Source of the DNA: an uncultured delta proteobacterium
GTDB taxonomy: Bacteria > Desulfobacterota > Zymogenia > Zymogenales > Zymogenaceae
Length of the DNA: 64,000 nt
Direction: 5' to 3'
Assembly (NCBI GenBank): GCA_963735595.1
Contig: CAVTLK010000001.1
Coordinates: 448,001-512,000 of the forward strand
This document shows positions 32,950 through 42,490 of this stretch, piece by piece; position 1 is the first letter of the stretch, and every line of letters starts with the position of its first letter. The position numbers were made by a program, and so were the translations under genes. Below the pieces are notes generated by a model, which did no database searches, was not told the origin of the DNA, and saw only the letters and a list, made by a program, of their open reading frames with translations.

Positions 32950-33687
32950 CTACAACAACCAACATATCAGGATGACGATAAGGGAAAATCCATAGATCTG
33001 TGTAAGTATGCCCACTCCTCTCCGTGACAGGAGTGCGACGATACATATGAGCATGATGGGCGCGGCCCTCAGCCATCCGGACGGGTCCGTAGCCACCGGC
33101 AGCGGTAAGAGAACCGCAAGGCCCGCCGCCAGAAGGCCCAGTAGGATCACCATAGTCTTTCGTAAACGGATAGAGAGATTGGGGATTTCCAAGCGCTTGA
33201 TGTATCTCATCAGATCCATCCTCCCCCGGATACCGTGCAGGAACCCCATGCCTCGAACCCAGAGGTGAACCGCGTTATAGAGCGCCAGAAAGATAACCGG
33301 CGCAAGGATACTTCCCCATATAAGCGTAATGATCGCCGTAATCGCAAAAAGCGGCTTAAACGTCGACCAGAAAAGCGCATCCCCGACTGCCGCGAACGGA
33401 TTGGAGAGCGTCTCCTTAATTTCCCTGATCTCCCGTTTGGCCGCCTGCCCCCCGTTTAGTTGGGCAGACGCCGTTGCGCCAATAATGGCCGACGATAGAT
33501 AGGGATGGCTGTTAAAATACGCGAGGCTATCGGTCAACAGCCCGGCCCGTTCCTCCTTGGTGCGGCTTACCGCTTTGATGACGGGCGCCATCCCAAAGGC
33601 AAATCCGACATTTTGCATGCCCCTGTAATTCCAGCAACTCTGGATAAGAAAGCTCCTCATGAAGACCCTGGCAAACAATGCTGTCAC
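32950..33687 (-). CDS. PTS mannose/fructose/sorbose family IID component
   Basis: RSFLIQSCWNY.GMQNVGF, YFNSHPY, PFAAVGDALFW; GTGA overlap with IIC stop. Confidence 0.9.
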   Translation of the reverse strand: MTALFARVFMRSFLIQSCWNYRGMQNVGFAFGMAPVIKAVSRTKEERAGLLTDSLAYFNSHPYLSSAIIGATASAQLNGGQAAKREIREIKETLSNPFAAVGDALFWSTFKPLFAITAIITLIWGSILAPVIFLALYNAVHLWVRGMGFLHGIRGRMDLMRYIKRLEIPNLSIRLRKTMVILLGLLAAGLAVLLPLPVATDPSGWLRAAPIMLICIVALLSRRGVGILTQIYGFSLIVILICWLL

Positions 33688-34397
33688 CCGATCTCTCCTA
33701 CCAGAGAAGTCATCAAAACAAACGTCACGAGATAGCTGATGCCGAACGTCAGAAAGCCTTTTTGCCTCCCGAGTACCGCGCCACACCCAAGGAACGGCAG
33801 CGACCAGAAAATCCAGGTAGCGGCCACCATGACGGCCCGGGGCAGATGCGGATACACGAGGTACGTTACAGCCAGGACAGCGAGGATACCAACGCCTGTC
33901 AGAAGCGTAAAGATAAGGAAGAAAGACGCAAGACCGGCGATATTCTGCCTCTGTACTCCTCGCACATCTCCGTTCTGTGCGGCCGTCTTCGCCCGATTCA
34001 GAAAAACACCGTTTATCTTCCTGGCTCCCACATCGATCAGCCTTCCCGCTTCCGAGAGCGGTAATGCGGCGAGAAGTGCCAAACACAAGAGCGACGTATC
34101 AGTCGATCCGAGCATCCTTCCGGCCAGTATTCCGGCGGCCGGCGCCGCAACGGCCACGATCGTGTCGTCCGGCGGCAGCGCCGTTCCGAACGGCTGAGTA
34201 CCGAGCCATAAAAGCTCGAGCACCATCCCGATCACAAGGCCGGTCCGTACGTCTCCCAGTATCAGGCCCGTTACGGCCGACGAGACCAACGGTCGTGAAA
34301 CGAGGAACTGGAAAGCGGCGGTTCTATCCAGGTGCAGCAATCCCCCGACGATTGAGGTGACGATCACCGTCCAGAAAAGGCTTCCCCCATCCATCAA
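33684..34397 (-). CDS. PTS mannose-family IIC component
   Basis: SRPLV..GLILGD..GLVIG..LELLWLG..GTALPPD. Confidence 0.88.
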   Translation of the reverse strand: MMDGGSLFWTVIVTSIVGGLLHLDRTAAFQFLVSRPLVSSAVTGLILGDVRTGLVIGMVLELLWLGTQPFGTALPPDDTIVAVAAPAAGILAGRMLGSTDTSLLCLALLAALPLSEAGRLIDVGARKINGVFLNRAKTAAQNGDVRGVQRQNIAGLASFFLIFTLLTGVGILAVLAVTYLVYPHLPRAVMVAATWIFWSLPFLGCGAVLGRQKGFLTFGISYLVTFVLMTSLVGEIG

Positions 34398-34891
34398 CTA
34401 CTCCGCACCTTCTTGAAAATACTCTTCAACTCCAATTTTCGCTCCCCGGGCACCGAGCGGGTATCGATCGATACGCCCTCCTTTGAAAGCCTCTCTATCT
34501 CCGCAGTATCGTTGAGGCCTACACACAGGTTCGCGCTTACCTGGACCTTCCCCTCGCAGAAGTGCATATTGCCCAGGTTGAGGCAATCGTATTGAAACCC
34601 GGAATCGAAGGCGGACTTTGCGTCCCGCACCGAAGAAAACAAAACGATGAGCTTCTTCTTCGTAAAGCCTCCGTTCTTATAGTTCCGAGCGGCGTCCTGT
34701 ACTGAACTGAAGTCTATCTCAATGCTGCTTGGGACGGCCATCTCCATTACCGATCGCTTGAGGAGGTTCTTTTCAACCTCATCGTCAACGACCAGCAGCG
34801 CCTCGGCTTTGGTATAGGGTATCCATGCCTCGAGTATCTGACCATGTACGAGGCGGCTGTCAACCCGGACAAGGACAATACCCATGATCAC
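34394..34891 (-). CDS. PTS mannose-family IIB component
   Basis: RVDSRLVHGQ, LNLGNMH. Confidence 0.93.
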   Translation of the reverse strand: MIMGIVLVRVDSRLVHGQILEAWIPYTKAEALLVVDDEVEKNLLKRSVMEMAVPSSIEIDFSSVQDAARNYKNGGFTKKKLIVLFSSVRDAKSAFDSGFQYDCLNLGNMHFCEGKVQVSANLCVGLNDTAEIERLSKEGVSIDTRSVPGERKLELKSIFKKVRSS

Positions 34892-35310
34892 CCCTTTTTG
34901 CTGAGAAACTCGGTGGCGACGTTAATGTTATTCCTTCCGTACTCTTTTGCCTTGATCGCCAGGTCATTGAGGGGCTGTTCCGCACGTTGCGCGGTTACCT
35001 TAATGAGCATCGGAAGGTTTACTCCAGATACTACCTCCACCTGCGGACTCAGGAAGGTCAGCGCAAGGTTCGACGGGGTACCGCCGAACATGTCGGTAAG
35101 AATGATGACGCCGTCGCCGCTGTTGACCTCCTTGATAGCGGTCTGGATCTCCTTTCGAAGCACCTCCACGTCCTTTTTCGGGTCCAGCGAGAGCGCCCGT
35201 GACGCCGGCACTTTTCCGACGATAAGCTCGGCGGTTCTCAGGAGCTCACACGCGAGATTCAAATGAGATACGATGACTATCCCCACCATCTGTCGGTCAC
35301 CTTTCATCAT
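34888..35310 (-). CDS. PTS mannose-family IIA component
   Basis: IVIVSH, ILTDMFGGTPSN, GVNLPML. Confidence 0.93.
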   Translation of the reverse strand: MMKGDRQMVGIVIVSHLNLACELLRTAELIVGKVPASRALSLDPKKDVEVLRKEIQTAIKEVNSGDGVIILTDMFGGTPSNLALTFLSPQVEVVSGVNLPMLIKVTAQRAEQPLNDLAIKAKEYGRNNINVATEFLSKKG

Positions 35311-36177
35311 GTTTTCGTAATATCCCGGTGGCTAATTCTGATATTATATCCATCGTCCCGGCCGATGATTTCGGCCAATTGCTCGGCTATCACTACCGAA
35401 CGATGTACTCCACCAGTGCATCCCACCGCCACTATCAGATACGACTTGCCCTCCTTGACATAGTTGGGCAGGAGAAAATTCATCAGTTTCACGAATTGCC
35501 GGAGAAACTCTTTGGTCTCTGCCTTTTCGAGAACGTACTCCCTGACCTTCGGATCCAGACCAGAAAGCAGCTTCAACTCCTCGACAAAATAGGGATTCGG
35601 CAGAAACCTGACGTCCATGACAATATCGGCGTCCGACGGCGCACCGTACCGATACCCGAAAGAAACAATCGTCAGGTTGAGCCTTTTCTCGGGCAACGAT
35701 TCCCGGAAGTAATCAAAAATGACTGCCCGCAGCTGGTGAGGGTTGAGGGCGGACGTGTCGATGACCCGATGGGCCATTCTTTTCACGTCCCTGAGTAGTC
35801 CCCTCTCCTCCTCTATCCCTTTATCGAGATCTTCACCCCCGATGGGGTGAAGCCTGCGGGTCTCTTTATATCTCCGGACAAGCACCTGATCGGCGGCATC
35901 CAGAAAGACAATACGGTAGTCTTCTCCGCGTCGCTTGAGCTTCTTTAACACGGAGGGAAGCTCGGAGAAGAACATCTTCTCCCGCATATCCATTACGACC
36001 GCAACTTTGTTGATATCCCATCGTGACTGCGATGTAAGCTCCAGCACTTTCGGAAGGAGTATAACCGGGAGGTTATCGATACAGAAAAAACCGATATCCT
36101 CAAGGGCTTTGATAGCCGTGCTCTTTCCGGAACCTGATAGCCCGGTAATAATGACAAGTCTGATAGTCTCTCCTCAC
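35307..36177 (-). CDS. rapZ: RNase adapter RapZ (true start obscured, probably by an indel)
   Basis: IITGLSGSGKST and DNLP in frame upstream of the track ORF; SFGYRYG, DVRFLPNP, GCTGG.HRSV. Confidence 0.93.
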
Positions 36178-36674
36178 TAACGGGGGGGGACGATGAGACG
36201 CGCTATTATGAGGCTGGCCGCCGATCCCCCCATGATGAAATCACTTATAACGCAGATCAGGCCGCGGGTATCGATATCGTCTCCGACTCGGATTTCCGGT
36301 ATCTTTCGGCCCAGCAGATTGACAACGCCGACCTGGGGGGCATGAGCCCTTCGCGTCTTGTCCCGACTCCTCACCAGCCTGACCACGAGGTCAATAGCGG
36401 CCTCCTCTATTACAAAGGGGCGCCCTAACGCCGCCGCCACGTCGATAATCCCTGCGCCTCTTATCTCGATAAGCCCTCTGAGGCGATCGGGCGCTCGCCC
36501 CTTCAGGCCGTCCGGCCCGTCGCAAAGCTCCACCACGTCGTCGGCGACGAGTCGTGCGCCCTCATATAAAAGAGAAAGGGCGAGGCGGCTCTTGCCCGAT
36601 CCGCTCTCCCCCATCAGTATTATTCCCCTGGACATCACTTTCACCAGGGTGGCATGAACCGTGTTTTGTTTCAC
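36177..36674 (-). CDS. hprK: HPr kinase/phosphorylase, short form (catalytic domain only)
   Basis: VHAT, GESGSGKS, LVADD, LIEIRGAGI. Confidence 0.82.
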   Translation of the reverse strand: MKQNTVHATLVKVMSRGIILMGESGSGKSRLALSLLYEGARLVADDVVELCDGPDGLKGRAPDRLRGLIEIRGAGIIDVAAALGRPFVIEEAAIDLVVRLVRSRDKTRRAHAPQVGVVNLLGRKIPEIRVGDDIDTRGLICVISDFIMGGSAASLIIARLIVPPR

Positions 36675-36707
36675 AAAATAATCGGAAATAATACCTGTTG
36701 GATGGCC

Positions 36708-37166
36708 TTAGAACTTCTCATCCTCCTCCTGCAGCGCCCTGTAGACTTCCTGGGTGGTTTTGGAATCCAGGAGTCGTTCCCTGAATTTGGTGTCTTTGAG
36801 GAGACGAGAGATCCTGGCCAGCGCCTTGAGGTGCATCCCCGCCGTATTTTCCGGCGCCATCAATAGGAAAAAGAGGCGCGCGGGCTTTCCGTCGATAGAA
36901 TCGAAGTTAATCCCCTTTGCCGATCTCCCGAACGAAGCCACCAGCTTCTTCAGTCCCTTCAGCTTACCATGGGGGATCGCAATCCCCTCACCGATACCGG
37001 TGCTCCCGAGTTTTTCACGCTCCTCAAGCACCGGTATGAGTACACTGATATCCAATCCCTCTTTTTTCGCAACCATACCGGCCAGTTCTCCAAGAACTTC
37101 CTGCTTGTTTCGGGCCTTCAGGTCGGCGTTGATAAGATCGATATCGATAATATCCATGATCTTCAT
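36708..37166 (-). CDS. ptsN: PTS IIA (Ntr/fructose-type) protein
   Basis: REKLGSTGIGEGIAIPHGK, HLKALARISR; rpoN operon. Confidence 0.92.
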   Translation of the reverse strand: MKIMDIIDIDLINADLKARNKQEVLGELAGMVAKKEGLDISVLIPVLEEREKLGSTGIGEGIAIPHGKLKGLKKLVASFGRSAKGINFDSIDGKPARLFFLLMAPENTAGMHLKALARISRLLKDTKFRERLLDSKTTQEVYRALQEEDEKF

Positions 37167-37187
37167 GGATCACCCCGCCCTGTTATG

Positions 37188-37742
37188 TCAAATGCCCGTA
37201 TTCTTAGGAACTATATGGCCGAAATTGTTGTCTTTCCTTCGATAGATCACGTTCATCTCCCCGGAATCAGCATTGATAAAAACCAGAAATTCGGATTTCG
37301 ACATATCAAGCTGCATTGCCGCCTCTTCAAGAGTCATTGGCTTGGAATCCAGGGTTTTGGTGATGATCGCCGGTTCTTCACCTTCCTGACCGTAGCTCTC
37401 CATGCGCAGGGGCGCGGGCTCTGTGATTTCCATGGGGACCCTGACATTATCCGCTTTATGGCTTACCAGGCGTTCCTTATGTTTCTTGATCTGTTTTTCT
37501 ATTTTCTCCATGACCATGTCAATGGCCGAGTACATATTCTCGGTGGCCTCCCTCCCCTTGATAGTCATTTTTTCTGCATTAATGACAACTTCGGCGATTT
37601 GGCGGTGTTTCTCAACCGACAGGACAACCGATGCATCGACGGGGCTGTAGACGTATTTTTGAAGTCTCCCTATTTTATCCTCGGCGTACTTCTTGAGGGC
37701 GTCGGAATTATCCATATGCCTGAACGTAACGGATACGCGCAT
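37188..37742 (-). CDS. hpf: Ribosome hibernation promoting factor, long form
   Basis: MYSAID..KIEKQIKKHK, KPMTLEEA..NVIYRRKD. Confidence 0.94.
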   Translation of the reverse strand: MRVSVTFRHMDNSDALKKYAEDKIGRLQKYVYSPVDASVVLSVEKHRQIAEVVINAEKMTIKGREATENMYSAIDMVMEKIEKQIKKHKERLVSHKADNVRVPMEITEPAPLRMESYGQEGEEPAIITKTLDSKPMTLEEAAMQLDMSKSEFLVFINADSGEMNVIYRRKDNNFGHIVPKNTGI

Positions 37743-37763
37743 GCAAACACCTCCTATTTGTTG

Positions 37764-39140
37764 TTATATCCGCTTGCGTGAGCTTGACGAAAGGATACCG
37801 AGCATTTCTCGATACTTTGCAACGGTCCTCCGCGCCACCGTTATACCCTCCCGCCTGAGGGCCTGCGTTATCTTTTGATCGCTGACCGGCTTTTTCTCGT
37901 CCTCCTGAGCGATGATCTCCCTGATTCTCTCCTTAACACTCACCACCGATCTCTCTTCCCCGTTGAGAGCACAGATTTTCCCCGTGAAGAAATACTTGAG
38001 CTCAAAGACACCCCGGGGCGTGTGCATGTATTTACCGTTTGTAACCCTGCTCACGGTTGATTCATGCACCCCAACGTCTTCCGCGACATCCCTCAAAATC
38101 ATCGGTCTCATAGAACCGACTCCCTTGTCAATAAAACCCGTTTGGTGTTCCACAATGCTGCGCGCCACCCGATAGAGCGTCCGCTGACGCTGGTGAATGC
38201 TCTTGATGAGCCACGTGGCCGACCGTATTCGGTCTTTAATGTAGTCCTTCGTCGTTACGGGCACGTTACGCGCCCCGGTCAGTATGCTCCGATAGAACGG
38301 ACTGATCTTCAACCTCGGCAGACCGTTATCGTTGAGTGTGATAACATACTCGGTTCCGACCTTGTATACATAGACATCCGGAATGATATACTGCGGCTCG
38401 TAGTCAACGTATAATCGCCCGGGCCTTGGATCAAGGCTCGTGATAATCTCAACGGCCTTACCGACCTCTACAACCGATACCCCGAGCTTCTTGGCGATTC
38501 CGGAGTAATTCCTTTTCTCAAGCTCGCGCAGGTGATGCTCGATTATCGCGGATACCGTCGGGGTATCCAGACCGTAGTGCCGGGCCTGCACAAGAAGGCA
38601 CTCCGCGAGATTTCTTGAGGCTACTCCTACTGGATCAAAAACCTGCACCTTCCGAAGCACCGCTTCTACCGACGCCGTATTGCATCCCATCTTTTCGGCT
38701 ATCTCGTCGACAGACTGCGTTAGATAACCGTCGTCGTTGAGGTTGCCCGCTATGACCGCCCCGATTTCCGCGTCGGCCCCACACATGTTACCCATCTGAA
38801 GCTGCCAGACGAGATGATCCATCAGGGAGGTCTTCTCAAGACATGCGTTCTCGATGAAGTGCTGTTTCTCGTCAGAATCGCTAAAACCGGTGCCGCCATC
38901 TCCCCTATCGTACTCCGAATAGGAATCATTTTCGATGATTCGGTCCAGAACGGCATCGGCCGACTCCGATTCGCCTTCATCCCCCGCCTCTTCGAGCACC
39001 GGATTTTCTATCAATTCCTGGTTAATATGCTCTACGAGCTCCAGACGTGTCAATTGCAGCAGCTTGATAGCCTGCTGCAACTGGGGCGTCAAAACCAGTT
39101 TCTGAGTTAGCTTAAGCTCCTGCTTGAGTTCCTGGACCAT
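37764..39140 (-). CDS. rpoN: RNA polymerase sigma-54 factor
   Basis: TPQLQQAIKLLQL, HESTVSR, RpoN box ARRTVAKYR. Confidence 0.98.
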   Translation of the reverse strand: MVQELKQELKLTQKLVLTPQLQQAIKLLQLTRLELVEHINQELIENPVLEEAGDEGESESADAVLDRIIENDSYSEYDRGDGGTGFSDSDEKQHFIENACLEKTSLMDHLVWQLQMGNMCGADAEIGAVIAGNLNDDGYLTQSVDEIAEKMGCNTASVEAVLRKVQVFDPVGVASRNLAECLLVQARHYGLDTPTVSAIIEHHLRELEKRNYSGIAKKLGVSVVEVGKAVEIITSLDPRPGRLYVDYEPQYIIPDVYVYKVGTEYVITLNDNGLPRLKISPFYRSILTGARNVPVTTKDYIKDRIRSATWLIKSIHQRQRTLYRVARSIVEHQTGFIDKGVGSMRPMILRDVAEDVGVHESTVSRVTNGKYMHTPRGVFELKYFFTGKICALNGEERSVVSVKERIREIIAQEDEKKPVSDQKITQALRREGITVARRTVAKYREMLGILSSSSRKRI

Positions 39141-39384
39141 GGTGCGCCGTTATTCATAATGTCTTTCGGACTGAAGCAACTTCCCCGCAGTATCGGCCTT
39201 CTGCCTCCTTACCCGGTTCTTCCACACCGGCGACATCTGTTCAACCCGGCCGACTGCCGCGCGATATACCGATCCGATCTTCCTGCTGCCCATTTCATCT
39301 GCGATAGCCGTGCATCCGGCTATTTCTTTCGAAATATGAATAGGTAAGGATACACTACAATTTAAGCACTTTGGACAACCCGTG

Positions 39385-40128
39385 TCAATAGCTATTTGGC
39401 CGCATCGACCTCATGATCCCGCTGACCTCATCGGTATAGAATCCCTGACCCTCCCATATAAACAAGGGAGCAAGCACCGTAAGTTGCGTGCCCGCGTGCC
39501 GCCGGGCTTCGATCATGACCATCTGGGCGTCTTCGGTCCGCCGTGCGTGGATAAAACGCGCCCGCTTGGGTTCAAAACCCCCGGCGCGTAACTGCATTAT
39601 GATATCGGCCGTCCGCCAGGCGGGATAAATCAGGAAGAGTTTCCCCCCCGGCTTAAGCACACTGCCGGCCGCCGTGACAATATCCGAAAGCCGGGCCGTC
39701 GTCTCGTGTCGGGCGACGGTGCGTTCGTCATCCTGATTCTTTCGTCCCGTCCCGGCCGGGCGATAGGGCGGGTTAGATACCGCCGCGTCAAACGAAATCT
39801 CCTTCGGAAGATCCCGGGCCTGCCGAAAGTCTCCCAGGACGCTTTTCAGACGGTCTTCGAGCCCGTTTTCCCGGATGTTTTCCCGGGCGAAACGAAAGAG
39901 ACGCTCCTGGATTTCTATACCCCACACGGTACAATCGGGATATCGCGCGCATAGCAACAAACCGATGATCCCGACCCCGGAACCCAGATCGATGACGCTT
40001 GCCCGCTTTTTCAGGACGACAAACGACGCAAGCAGGAAGGAATCAATGCTGTAGCGGTATCCCTTCCGGGGTTGGTGGATGACCAGAGGGGCCGGACTCA
40101 GTTCGCCCGATGTATCGAAGTCGGACAT
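39385..40128 (-). CDS. tRNA1(Val) (adenine-37-N6)-methyltransferase-like
   Basis: GYRYSIDSFLLA, DLGSGVG, SNPPY, ARHE, EPKR. Confidence 0.85.
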   Translation of the reverse strand: MSDFDTSGELSPAPLVIHQPRKGYRYSIDSFLLASFVVLKKRASVIDLGSGVGIIGLLLCARYPDCTVWGIEIQERLFRFARENIRENGLEDRLKSVLGDFRQARDLPKEISFDAAVSNPPYRPAGTGRKNQDDERTVARHETTARLSDIVTAAGSVLKPGGKLFLIYPAWRTADIIMQLRAGGFEPKRARFIHARRTEDAQMVMIEARRHAGTQLTVLAPLFIWEGQGFYTDEVSGIMRSMRPNSY

Positions 40129-40135
40129 CGTATTG

Positions 40136-41422
40136 TCAGGTAACCATCCGGTAAAACACGAGGCCAGAGGCGGTCTTGGGATAGAAGAAGGTGCTCTTCT
40201 GCGGCATACGTTCGCCGGCCAGCGAGGCCTCCTTTACCTCCTCTATCCCGGTCGCGTTTACGATGAATGCAGCGCCGTTGCCCGCCGCCGCACGATTAAG
40301 GGCTTCGCGTGCGTCCTGCGAGTAGCCGATTGTCGGGTTTTCTATAGAAAGCAGCCCTTGGATCAGCACGTGGTGGAGGACCGAAACATCCAGGCGCCTG
40401 ATCTGATCCCTTATGTCGGCGGGGAAGAAACGGGCGATCTTTTTATGATCGGCGTTACTGAGCAAAAAATAGCGGTCCTTACCGGGATAAAATCCGAAGC
40501 TCCCTTTCCCCTTGCCTTCAAGGCCTTCGATAAAGCGGAGCGTCCCTTCTTCGTTGCGCTCGAACGTATCGACCGTAAAAACCTCCGACATTTTTGCCAG
40601 GACCGACTCTTCATCAAGAGGTACCTGGATCTCCACGATCCGGTGACACGGAAGGATCGTGATCGCCTCCCCTTCCAAAAGCGTAAAATACATGAGCGCA
40701 TAACGATGGGCGTCGCCGGGCGCTCCCCGCTTATCGAGCTCGTCCCGGAAGGCCAACATCGTCTCGTAGCGGTGGTGCCCGTCAGCCACAAAGACCTTCT
40801 TATCCCGTACCGCCGCGGAAAGGGCCTGGTGCACCGTCTCGTCAGCGCACCGCGTCAGGATATGCTCGACCCCGGCGCGGTCCGTATATCTGGTCACCTC
40901 CGGGGAGCCGATAATCGCATCGATAACCGCGCCGGTTTCTCGCTTCGGATCGGAAAAAAGGGAAAATATAGTGCTCAGCTGATGCCCGGTGGCCCGCACG
41001 AGATTGAGGCGATCCACCTTGGGCCCCGAGTAAGTATATTCGTGGGGAAATACGTCACCCTCGCCCCATTTTTCGAGCACGTGCAGCGCCACAAACCCGT
41101 CCCTGCGCTTTGTGCGGCCCGAGGGGTCCCGGTATACCTGAGAGTAACCGTATATCGACGGAGAGTCGTCCTGAACCAGCACACCATCCCGCGCCCAGTT
41201 GGTCAGGAAATCCCGCGCGCGCGTATAGCGGTTATTCCCGTCGGTATCGTCCGGATACTGCTTGCCGAGGATTAGCCGTATGACGTTAAACGGATTCTGA
41301 TCGTAATAGGACTCCTGATCGTCCGGCGAAATGACGTCGTACGGGGGCGTCATCAGGTTTTCCGCATGCGCCAGCAGACGCTCGTTGTAACGAACGGAGC
41401 GAAAGGGTTTGATAACCGCCAC
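40136..41422 (-). CDS. DUF1015 family protein
   Basis: PPYDVIS, PHE, ADGHHRYET, MPQKSTFFYPK. Confidence 0.9.
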   Translation of the reverse strand: MAVIKPFRSVRYNERLLAHAENLMTPPYDVISPDDQESYYDQNPFNVIRLILGKQYPDDTDGNNRYTRARDFLTNWARDGVLVQDDSPSIYGYSQVYRDPSGRTKRRDGFVALHVLEKWGEGDVFPHEYTYSGPKVDRLNLVRATGHQLSTIFSLFSDPKRETGAVIDAIIGSPEVTRYTDRAGVEHILTRCADETVHQALSAAVRDKKVFVADGHHRYETMLAFRDELDKRGAPGDAHRYALMYFTLLEGEAITILPCHRIVEIQVPLDEESVLAKMSEVFTVDTFERNEEGTLRFIEGLEGKGKGSFGFYPGKDRYFLLSNADHKKIARFFPADIRDQIRRLDVSVLHHVLIQGLLSIENPTIGYSQDAREALNRAAAGNGAAFIVNATGIEEVKEASLAGERMPQKSTFFYPKTASGLVFYRMVT

Positions 41423-41514
41423 GAAGTCTACCCCGTAATAGAAAATTAAACGCTATAAAAAATACCTGTAATTGTCAAGTGAAAACGCGGAGCGTCATTA
41501 CTTCCGCCGTATCG

Positions 41515-42477
41515 TCATGCGCCCGCGAGGTCTCTCGCCGCCGGGTATCCGGCCGCTGCCGTCGCGCTTCGCACCGCGTCCAACACCGCTTCCTCCACGG
41601 CCTGCGCGGCCAGCGCCCCGCATACGTTTACGTCAACGCTCCCGCCAGTCCCCGCCGAGACGGCAAACAGGGTATCACCGTCCAGCATTGTGTGGGAAGG
41701 GATAACGGCACGGGCTATCCCGTCATGCGCCATACGGGCTATCCGTCCCATGTCCACCTTCGTGTAGCTTCCCGACACCGCCACCACCCCCACGACCGTG
41801 GCCGATCCCGGCGGCATAAACGGATAGGTTATCTCACGGATGACCTTTCTCGGCCCGGCAAACGATTTCCGATCCCTATCCAGCGTCCCGGCGACGACAC
41901 GGCCCGTTTCCGGGTCAACCACGTCGCCCAGGGCGTTGACGGCGACTATCGCGCCGACCACGATACCTCCGGCGCCGGAGACCACCGCCGAACCGAGCCC
42001 CGATTTCACCGCGTATTCCATCCCGTATAGCTTACCCACCGTCGCCCCCGTTCCCACGCCGACGCACCCGCGATTGGTGTTTTTACCCGCCGATGCACAC
42101 GCCCGGTACCCGTCCTCATGGCCGGGCGTTACGACCCCCTTACTGAGCGGTAGGTCAAAAATGACCGCCGCCGGCACGATCGGCACGTTTATATACCCGG
42201 TCGGTACTCCCCTGCCCTGCTCCTTGAGCCATTTCATGGCGCCGGTTGCCGCGTCCAGGCCGAACGCGCTGCCGCCCGAAAGCACGACGGCGTCGGCCGT
42301 TTCGACGAGGTTAAGCGGATGAAAGACGTCCGTCTCACGGGTCCCCGGCGCCCCGCCGCGCACATCCACGCCGCAGGGCATCGCCTGGGAAAAGACGACG
42401 GCCGTTACGCCCGTGTGATGCTCCGCGTCGGTAACGTGGCCGACTGAGATCCCCGGTATATCAACGATATGGCCCAT
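41515..42477 (-). CDS. P1/S58 (DmpA-like) peptidase
   Basis: DVRGGAPGTRETD, SGGSAFGL, GTGAT, HTMLDGDTLF. Confidence 0.9.
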   Translation of the reverse strand: MGHIVDIPGISVGHVTDAEHHTGVTAVVFSQAMPCGVDVRGGAPGTRETDVFHPLNLVETADAVVLSGGSAFGLDAATGAMKWLKEQGRGVPTGYINVPIVPAAVIFDLPLSKGVVTPGHEDGYRACASAGKNTNRGCVGVGTGATVGKLYGMEYAVKSGLGSAVVSGAGGIVVGAIVAVNALGDVVDPETGRVVAGTLDRDRKSFAGPRKVIREITYPFMPPGSATVVGVVAVSGSYTKVDMGRIARMAHDGIARAVIPSHTMLDGDTLFAVSAGTGGSVDVNVCGALAAQAVEEAVLDAVRSATAAAGYPAARDLAGA

Positions 42478-42490
42478 CGGCGTTCCCCCG

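Noticed and set aside
32950..34086. 378-aa PTS IID with long N-terminal extension
   Set aside because: The extension overlaps IIC in another frame; homology begins at the GTG at 33687
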